A stretch of DNA of 4,446 bases from a virus (lineage: Duplodnaviria; Heunggongvirae; Uroviricota; Caudoviricetes), in the IMG/VR virus record IMGVR_UViG_2778261058_000005, positions 1 to 4,446 of that record. The stretch is one strand, 5' to 3'. The position numbers were made by a program, and so were the translations under genes. Within the stretch, counting starts at the first letter, position 1. The number at the start of each line of letters is the position of its first letter. This document shows positions 1 to 4,446 of this stretch, in pieces. The notes beneath the pieces are model-generated. The model was not told the origin of the DNA and did not search any database. It saw only the letters and a program-made list of their open reading frames with translations.

Positions 1-134
1 AGCCGCATGGCCCGCTGGCTGCTGATCCGCTTTCCGGTATAGGTGTCGTATGACAACCCCAGCTCTTCCGCAAGCATCCCGGGCGTTGTGACGGGGGTGT
101 TATTTTTGCGTTGAAAAAGCCCCTGGAAAAACAT
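1..134 (-). CDS. Hypothetical protein, N-terminal ~44 codons only (gene continues beyond window start)
   Basis: Manual minus-strand translation from ATG (132-134) gives [44 protein letters not shown] with no stop before position 1. Its ATG overlaps the TAA of the upstream 60-aa ORF in a TAATG arrangement, suggesting translational coupling. Not in the ORF track because it is truncated. Product not recognised. Confidence 0.4.
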   Translation of the reverse strand, partial: MFFQGLFQRKNNTPVTTPGMLAEELGLSYDTYTGKRISSQRAMR

Positions 135-316
135 TACTCACCTCCGGAGGCGACCCGGTGACCGCGATCGAGATAACGCGCAACCAGCCACGACCAGCAC
201 AGACACAGCGCCCCGGCAACAACAAAACCAGCCGGGGGATAAATCAGCCAGGCGCCATACGCCAGCAAAAGCGCCCCCAGCACGCCCACCAGTGGCGTGA
301 GAATTATCAGAAACAT
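134..316 (-). CDS. Small membrane protein, 60 aa, two predicted transmembrane helices
   Basis: ORF track 134..316. Two hydrophobic stretches (residues ~2-26 and ~29-49) followed by a charged tail [13 protein letters not shown]-like GAGGT (321-325, minus strand) lies 4 nt upstream of the ATG, and only 11 nt separate it from the stop of the upstream 241-aa ORF. Function unknown. Confidence 0.5.
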   Translation of the reverse strand: MFLIILTPLVGVLGALLLAYGAWLIYPPAGFVVAGALCLCWSWLVARYLDRGHRVASGGE

Positions 317-327
317 AATGACCTCGG

Positions 328-1053
328 TTAAAGCGAGCGGATACCAACGCTGACCAGATGCTCAGACAGATCCGGCTCCGGTTCACCACCATTGACCAGC
401 ATCCGGCTCATTGCTGTAAACATCGCAACAGGGCCGTCGATTTTGGCTTCCGGCGTGGATTTATTCGGGAAGATATTGTCGTTTTTGTCCGGTTTTACCG
501 TAACGTTAGACATCATCCAGTTCATGACCGGATGATTGCTGTGATGGAAACGCCCGGCATAGACCAGTGATTCCGTTTCCTTCATGGCCTCTGACAGATT
601 GCGGACCGTCTGCGGAACTTCCACCAGCGGTATACCTTCTTCAGCCAGCGCCAGACTGAACTGCATTGCGCTCCACGGGTCAAATCCCAGTTCCCTCAGG
701 TTTTCACCGCCAATCCATTCCAGCAGGTCACTTTTTATCTGAGTATGATCGATAACATCACCATCCGTCAGGATGAGCTTATCCATCTCCGCCCACTTCC
801 GGTAAAGTTCTGCCTGCTGCCGTGAGCATCGTTCCAGCCGTCCTTCCGGAAGCCAGAATTTAAAATCGGCATGAACATGCCCGTTATCCGTTCGCCAGAG
901 TTTTGCCGCCGCACAGATATCAATCTTATGAGCAAGGTCGACGCCGACCCACATGGGATATGTTTTCAGCTCATGCTGTGGAGCGATGTATTCACACTTC
1001 TCCCACTTAATCATATCCATCCAGGCAGACTCGGCAGTGACCCACACATTCAT
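328..1053 (-). CDS. Stand-alone large-terminase nuclease-domain homolog (TerL C-terminal RNase-H-like domain only; no ATPase domain)
   Basis: The 241-aa ORF aligns by eye colinearly, with one 1-residue indel, to residues ~313-553 of the TerL encoded at 1580-3241, at roughly one-third identity. Shared motifs: NVW/NIW start, [10 protein letters not shown] vs AGLDLSSTSD, DGDVID vs PGDCID, GFDPW vs GFDTW, NKxx..KID..VA near the C-terminus. The acidic residues expected for the terminase nuclease active site are retained. An in-frame stop lies 6 codons upstream of the ATG, so no ATPase domain is encoded. No clear SD, so the exact start is uncertain (ATG at codons 12 and 14 are alternatives). Confidence 0.7.
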   Translation of the reverse strand: MNVWVTAESAWMDMIKWEKCEYIAPQHELKTYPMWVGVDLAHKIDICAAAKLWRTDNGHVHADFKFWLPEGRLERCSRQQAELYRKWAEMDKLILTDGDVIDHTQIKSDLLEWIGGENLRELGFDPWSAMQFSLALAEEGIPLVEVPQTVRNLSEAMKETESLVYAGRFHHSNHPVMNWMMSNVTVKPDKNDNIFPNKSTPEAKIDGPVAMFTAMSRMLVNGGEPEPDLSEHLVSVGIRSL

Positions 1054-1140
1054 GTGTTTCGTGAGAATATTTCAAGTTTTTTAAAATTGACTGTATATCA
1101 ATCGTTTAACATGAAAAAACAGTCTTTATAAATCATCGAG

Positions 1141-1172
1141 CAATACACAGCGCAATACACGTATCTGTATTG
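1141..1172. promoter_or_regulatory. Operator-like site: direct repeat CAATACAC (1141-1148, 1153-1160) and perfect inverted repeat CAATACA-N6-TGTATTG (1153-1172)
   Basis: Read directly from the sequence. It lies ~90-120 bp upstream (minus-strand sense) of the 241-aa ORF start, in an AT-rich non-coding region. Further ATACAC-like half-sites occur at 1183-1189 and 1201-1206. A -10-like TATAAA (minus strand, ~1126-1131) lies between the palindrome and the ORF. Promoter position not pinned down. Confidence 0.35.
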
Positions 1173-1325
1173 TTTTAATGCTGATACACACCGTTTTTTG
1201 ATACAGTGATTCGACCTACCATCGCGAAGCATTTTTTATTTCTTGTGTGTAACAATCTGACGAGGTGAGCACTCAAAGAGATAAGAGGCAGTAGAAATTT
1301 CGATCCCCCCTGAATGCAATTTTTC

Positions 1326-1337
1326 GTATATATATAC
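1326..1337. repeat. Perfect 12-bp alternating palindrome GTATATATATAC
   Basis: Read directly; immediately adjacent to the tandem GCGGGTTA array. Confidence 0.6.
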
Positions 1338-1344
1338 AAAACAG

Positions 1345-1370
1345 TGCGGGTTATGCGGGTTAGCGGGTTA
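1345..1370. repeat. Three head-to-tail copies of (T)GCGGGTTA (1345-1353, 1354-1362, 1363-1370)
   Basis: Read directly from the sequence. Same motif as the spaced array at 1448-1500 but in inverted orientation. Confidence 0.65.
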
Positions 1371-1402
1371 TCTTCGCGTGCTAATTATCTTTTACTCTTT
1401 AA

Positions 1403-1415
1403 TATCAATATGTTA
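1403..1415. promoter_or_regulatory. IHF-like site TATCAATATGTTA (matches WATCAANNNNTTR) in the AT-rich spacer between the two repeat arrays
   Basis: Consensus match by eye. AT-rich context means chance matches are plausible. Confidence 0.25.
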
Positions 1416-1447
1416 AAAAACAACGCATTTAAATATCAGCCAGAATG

Positions 1448-1500
1448 TAACCCGCAAGACATTCAAAATAACCCGCAAACACCCCTCAAATAACCCGCAA
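1448..1500. repeat. Three copies of TAACCCGCAA at 1448-1457, 1469-1478 and 1491-1500 (spacing 21 and 22 bp, about two helical turns)
   Basis: Read directly. This is the reverse complement of the GCGGGTTA tandem motif. The array starts ~80 bp beyond the terL stop codon. Confidence 0.65.
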
Positions 1501-1579
1501 AAACATCCCTGAAAGTAGGTGCCGGTAATACTGAAAATTTATTCCATTAAATGAGCATTGTCCTCTCTCATCCATTCCG

Positions 1580-3241
1580 TTACACACCATCAAACGCCGC
1601 AAGCCGCTCTTTGTGGCTGTCGCTCATATCGAATGCAAATTCCTCATGCTCTGCCTGGAATGTGCCAAACGCCATCAGCGCCGCAACGCTCGGGTCTATC
1701 TTGTTGGATGATTTTTTCTTGTTCGGCTTGATATTGGCGTTCGCGTCACTCTGCATCACAACATTACTCATTGACCAGGCCAGCACCGGATCACCACGAT
1801 GCACAATCACCTTCCGGTTAACAAAAACTTCGAACGATTTCGCCGCCGGACTGAAACGAAGGTATGTTTGCGGGAACGGCTCCACCTCAAATCCTGCGCC
1901 CTGTAGCTGCGTCCTCAGGTGCGTGGCGTTCCATGTATCGAAGCCCACCAGCCTGATATTGAAATTTTCTGCATCTGCCATGATGTCATCACGGATACGG
2001 TCATAATCAATGCAGTCACCCGGTGTTGTGCGTATCCAGCCCGCCTTTACCCACTGGCGATAGATGGCGCGGTTTTTATTGGCGGGGTTCTGTAGCTGAA
2101 ATTCCGGCAGATAGTGACGGGAAACCAGCATAATCTTTTTACCGACCGGAAAGGCATAGCACACGCTGGAAATATCGCTGGTTGATGATAAGTCCAGCCC
2201 CGCGTAGCACTCCTGCCCGTATAAATCCGCCTCCGCGAACGTTCCGGCGCACTCCGCCCATGCACCGTTACCCATCCACGGCGTAGCCCCCTGACACCAG
2301 ATATTGAATCGCTTGGTGAGCATTTCCACCCACTGCGACGGAATACCCCGCGCTTTCTGGATGGTTGAGGCCAGTTTTTCACGATCGACGGAAACATCGA
2401 TATTGGGATTCGCCTTTATCCACATCGCCGGATCGTCAACCTCGCTTTCATCATCCAGCTCGTAAATCAGCACGAACATGGATTCGTTCACCTCTTCACC
2501 ATCCAGTATCTGGCAGCAATAGTCGTAGTGTTGTTTACAGGCTGAAACAACGTTGCTCCCCGATGTGGTGATGGCAAATAATAACCCCTCCGGACGCGCC
2601 CCCATTCCCAGTTCAAGCGCGGAATAAACCCCGTTGTCAGGGTGCAGGTGATATTCATCCACAATGGCAAGACTCGGGTTTGTACCTTCAATGGTTGCCG
2701 CTTTTGCTGCCAGTGGTTTTAACAGGCTGTTGGTTTTCGGGTGTATCACCTTGTGTGCCTGAATATTTACCCGCTTTCGTAACGGTCGGGATAAAAGGCA
2801 CATCTGACGCGCATCATCAAACACGATCCGCGCCTGATCACGACTCACGGCGGCGGTGTAAATATCCTGCTGCCCGTTTTCCATAACCAGAAACCAGTTA
2901 GCCAGGATAGCGGCGACCGTGGATTTGGCATTTTTTCGCGGTACTTCAATGAATGCGCTGGTGTATTTGCGCCGCCCGGTGGCCTTAACCTTAAAGCCCA
3001 GGATGCACGCAAAGGCGAACTGCTGCCACGGCTCCAGCTCAATGGGGCTACCGCGCATTGCGCCTTTTACGTGCGGGCACACCCTGGAAAAGGCAATAAA
3101 CCGCTCCACGACCTCCGGATCGAACGTGTAAAGGGGGTTTTCAAGGTCAGAAAAATACCGTTTAACGGCCTGTTTCAGTCGTTTACAGGCCGTAATTTTG
3201 CCGTTTTTTACGCCTTCTGCGTACTCATGCCAGGCGGTCAA
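1580..3241 (-). CDS. terL: Phage terminase large subunit (ATPase plus nuclease), 553 aa, TTG start
   Basis: ORF track 1580..3241; start codon is TTG (plus-strand CAA at 3239-3241). P-loop-like PRKNAKST (residues 101-108) and Walker B LAIVDEYH (191-198) in the N-terminal half. C-terminal nuclease motifs GLDLSSTSD (D350, D356), GDCID (D409, D412) and KID (D516). SD-like GAGGA lies 5 nt upstream of the TTG, inside the terS acidic-tail codons. Family assignment (HK97/Terminase_1-like) is from memory of typical sequences, not from a search. Confidence 0.9.
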   Translation of the reverse strand: MTAWHEYAEGVKNGKITACKRLKQAVKRYFSDLENPLYTFDPEVVERFIAFSRVCPHVKGAMRGSPIELEPWQQFAFACILGFKVKATGRRKYTSAFIEVPRKNAKSTVAAILANWFLVMENGQQDIYTAAVSRDQARIVFDDARQMCLLSRPLRKRVNIQAHKVIHPKTNSLLKPLAAKAATIEGTNPSLAIVDEYHLHPDNGVYSALELGMGARPEGLLFAITTSGSNVVSACKQHYDYCCQILDGEEVNESMFVLIYELDDESEVDDPAMWIKANPNIDVSVDREKLASTIQKARGIPSQWVEMLTKRFNIWCQGATPWMGNGAWAECAGTFAEADLYGQECYAGLDLSSTSDISSVCYAFPVGKKIMLVSRHYLPEFQLQNPANKNRAIYRQWVKAGWIRTTPGDCIDYDRIRDDIMADAENFNIRLVGFDTWNATHLRTQLQGAGFEVEPFPQTYLRFSPAAKSFEVFVNRKVIVHRGDPVLAWSMSNVVMQSDANANIKPNKKKSSNKIDPSVAALMAFGTFQAEHEEFAFDMSDSHKERLAAFDGV

Positions 3242-3581
3242 GCTCGTCCTCTTCCTCTGTTTCCGGTGGATTTCTGCGGCGGCTTACCGGGTCAAAACCC
3301 AGCAAAGAAGCCATTTTGATCATTATTCTTTCTGCGTCAGCCTTTGCGCTCAGGGCGGGGTTTCTGCTCTCACTGCCCTGACTGTTAACAATGCTGAATC
3401 CGCGCGTCGCAAGGTCTTCGACGGCTTTGCGGTATATGGAGTAGTTAACGCAATACAGCTCCAGATTGCTCCAGTCGGCGGGGGTAAGGTCTTCCCGCCC
3501 GGAAAGCTGGCGCGATTTTTCCTTCCACTGCCTGACCGCGATTTCATCCAGGTAAGCGGGGGCTTTTGGTGGTCTTGCCAT
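3225..3581 (-). CDS. terS: Phage terminase small subunit, P27-family-like, 118 aa
   Basis: Start placed at the internal ATG (3579-3581), giving the N-terminus MARPPKAPAYLDEIAVRQW..., which resembles the MAGRPPKP-type start I recall for P27-family small terminases. Conserved-looking core LTPADWSNLELYCVNYSIYRKA...LGFDPVSRRR and acidic tail ETEEEDELDRLA. Its 3' end overlaps the terL start by 17 nt. The 165-aa version from ATG 3720-3722 adds a non-protein-like extension and is treated as an overcall. Confidence 0.8.
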   Translation of the reverse strand: MARPPKAPAYLDEIAVRQWKEKSRQLSGREDLTPADWSNLELYCVNYSIYRKAVEDLATRGFSIVNSQGSESRNPALSAKADAERIMIKMASLLGFDPVSRRRNPPETEEEDELDRLA

Positions 3582-3700
3582 GTTCTTTTTTCGCCCAATT
3601 ATTTTCAAAAAAATTCCCGTGCACAAAAATTTGAGGAGGCGGTCGGTGTCCGGCAGGGACGGTTTCGTCCTGAAAACCTCCCCCACCCCCTCTGACAGCC

Positions 3701-3886
3701 TCACCAGCGATTGCGAAAACATTCCATGACCTCGCGGTCACGGTCGGTTAATCGCTTCGGTGTGGTGCGTTCTGTGCGCCCTGTCCTGTTGACTTTGTGC
3801 CCTGTCTCCTGTGTCTTCCATAAGTCACGCTGCCTTATCAGTCCACGTATCAGCCTGTTTTGCTCCTGTTCAGTCATCATCGCCAT
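3701..3886 (-). CDS. Possible small basic protein (61 aa) between HNH and terS
   Basis: C-terminal part of ORF-track entry 3701..4081, taken from ATG 3884-3886: MAMMTEQEQNRLIRGLIRQRDLWKTQETGHKVNRTGRTERTTPKRLTDRDREVMECFRNRW. Arg/Lys-rich. Overlaps the HNH 3' end by a few codons in another frame. No recognisable motif and no clear SD, so it could be a chance ORF inside the cos region. Confidence 0.2.
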   Translation of the reverse strand: MAMMTEQEQNRLIRGLIRQRDLWKTQETGHKVNRTGRTERTTPKRLTDRDREVMECFRNRW

Positions 3887-4310
3887 ACATCCAGTCGTTA
3901 CGATGTGCCGCCCGTTCTTCCTGCTCGCGATACATGCCCGCCTTACGGTTCGCTTTCGTGGCTGGATCTTCCCGTGTCGTCTTACGGTTGTGGCACGTCT
4001 GGCACAATGCCTGGTGGTTCCACTCAGGCCAGAAGAGAACATCACCGCCGCCATTGATGGGAATGATGTGATCCACCACAAGAGCTGGCGTATAAATCCC
4101 CTTAGCCAGACAACGCACGCATAACGGGTTTTTGCTCAGGTACAGGGCGCGGTATTTGTCCCACTGCCGGGAATACCCACGCGCGCGGCGGTGCCCCCGT
4201 CTGGCATCCTCTGCACGCCATGCAGCCCGCCTGTGCTCTTCACACTTGCCGGACTTCACGCGCTTATTACAGCCCGGCTCAGTGCATCGCCTTAATGGTT
4301 GCCACGGCAT
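3870..4310 (-). CDS. HNH endonuclease, packaging-associated type, 146 aa
   Basis: Cys pairs CTEPGC and CVRC...CQTCH with the His-Asn-His core DHIIPINGGG...WNHQALCQTCHNRK. G-rich SD-like GGGGG ~7 nt upstream of the ATG. Sits immediately upstream of terS-terL, the usual position of the HNH that cooperates with terminase in HK97-like cos phages. Confidence 0.85.
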   Translation of the reverse strand: MPWQPLRRCTEPGCNKRVKSGKCEEHRRAAWRAEDARRGHRRARGYSRQWDKYRALYLSKNPLCVRCLAKGIYTPALVVDHIIPINGGGDVLFWPEWNHQALCQTCHNRKTTREDPATKANRKAGMYREQEERAAHRNDWMYGDDD

Positions 4311-4446
4311 CAGTACACCCCCACATCACGATAAACCGACCAGAGCGCAGAAATAGCCATAGGCAGTTCAGACTGTTCCACAGGTGATGTCAGCGCCAGT
4401 GATATAAGACGGTAATTCACCATTTGGATTGTCCGCTCCACCCAAC
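4310..4446 (-). CDS. 3' end of an upstream gene (C-terminal ~44 codons; gene starts beyond window end)
   Basis: Manual minus-strand translation gives ...WVERTIQMVNYRLISLALTSPVEQSELPMAISALWSVYRDVGVY then stop. The TGA (4310-4312) shares one base with the HNH ATG (TGATG). Product not recognised; a chance open frame is possible. Confidence 0.35.
   Translation of the reverse strand, partial: WVERTIQMVNYRLISLALTSPVEQSELPMAISALWSVYRDVGVY

Noticed and set aside
1098-1232. 44-aa Cys-rich minus-strand ORF (MLRDGRSNHCIKKRCVSALKQYRYVYCAVYCSMIYKDCFFMLND) in the intergenic region
   Set aside because: It spans the operator-like palindromes and the AT-rich promoter region, has no convincing SD, and its codons come largely from the repeated ATACAC motifs. 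Most likely a chance ORF in regulatory DNA.
1345-1500. CRISPR array interpretation of the GCGGGTTA / TAACCCGCAA repeats
   Set aside because: Repeat units are only 8-10 bp, the two clusters are in inverted orientation, one cluster has no spacers, and spacers in the other are 11-12 bp. This is incompatible with CRISPR repeat-spacer architecture.
328-3241. Explaining the terL / terL-fragment pair as an attachment-site duplication from site-specific integration into the 3' end of terL
   Set aside because: The duplicated segment spans a whole 241-residue domain at only about one-third protein identity, far longer and more diverged than att-associated duplications, and only 526 bp separate the two copies, leaving no room for an integrated element.
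3657-3670. Hairpin GGACG-GTTT-CGTCC as a Rho-independent terminator
   Set aside because: Only a 5-bp stem, and not followed by a U-run on either strand; too weak to call a terminator. Noted only as a possible structural element of the cos region.
3225-3722. 165-aa version of terS starting at ATG 3720-3722
   Set aside because: The extra 47 N-terminal residues (MFSQSLVRLSEGVGEVFRTKPSLPDTDRLLKFLCTGIFLKIIGRKKN) precede the MARPPKAP motif that I recall as the N-terminus of P27-family small terminases, and they fall in the likely cos region. The internal ATG at 3579-3581 is preferred; homolog alignment could overturn this.
3632-3729. Plus-strand strong SD (GAGGAGG, 3633-3639) followed 6 nt later by GTG opening a 27-codon ORF
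   Set aside because: The ORF is short and Pro/Ser/Thr-rich with no features, and it lies antisense to the terS leader and cos region. The purine-rich block is more plausibly part of the packaging or regulatory sequence than a real ribosome-binding site.
138-4081. Minus-strand overlapping ORFs 138-392, 2047-2397, 2488-2691, 2845-3042, 3350-3598, 3544-3741 and the full 126-aa version of 3701-4081
   Set aside because: Out-of-frame overlaps with the membrane protein, TerL, TerS or HNH genes; Arg/Gly/Pro-rich translations typical of wrong-frame reading of GC-rich coding DNA. Only the 3'-terminal non-overlapping part of 3701-4081 was kept, as a low-confidence small ORF.
358-4356. All plus-strand ORFs in the track (358-570, 871-1131, 1551-2006, 2365-2571, 2680-2886, 2919-3131, 3071-3319, 3198-3695, 3711-4124, 3811-4071, 3860-4057, 4132-4356)
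   Set aside because: Each lies antisense to a minus-strand gene with recognisable protein motifs. Their translations are low-complexity (Arg/Ser/Pro/Cys-rich) with no recognisable domains. Best explained as shadow ORFs.
1-4446. tRNA, rRNA, integrase, transposase or insertion-sequence ends
   Set aside because: No cloverleaf-compatible conserved tRNA motifs, no rRNA-like segments, no terminal inverted repeats flanking a transposase-like ORF, and no tyrosine or serine recombinase motifs were seen in any frame.

Overview
The window is dominated by a minus-strand phage DNA-packaging module: an HNH endonuclease (3870-4310), a P27-family small terminase (3225-3581) and a 553-aa large terminase (1580-3241, TTG start). 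This order is the one found in HK97-like cos-packaging phages, so the sequence is most likely prophage or phage-derived. The expected portal gene does not follow terL. Instead there is a 526-bp AT-rich non-coding region (1054-1579) carrying an operator-like palindrome, an alternating TA palindrome, and two inverted arrays of a GCGGGTTA motif flanking an IHF-like site. Downstream of it lies a second, diverged large-terminase paralog that consists only of the nuclease domain (328-1053, 241 aa). It is colinear with residues ~313-553 of the adjacent TerL and keeps the acidic catalytic motifs. It is tightly linked to a 60-aa two-helix membrane protein (134-316) and to a further gene that runs off the window start. 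This stand-alone nuclease-domain cassette and its repeat-rich control region are the most interesting part of the window; whether it is a domesticated module (moron, interference or defence function) or a recombination relic cannot be settled without searches. All calls rest on reading the translations and motifs by eye; no database search, HMM or structure prediction was run. No rRNA, tRNA, CRISPR array, integrase or transposase was seen. All plus-strand ORFs in the track appear to be antisense shadows of the minus-strand genes.
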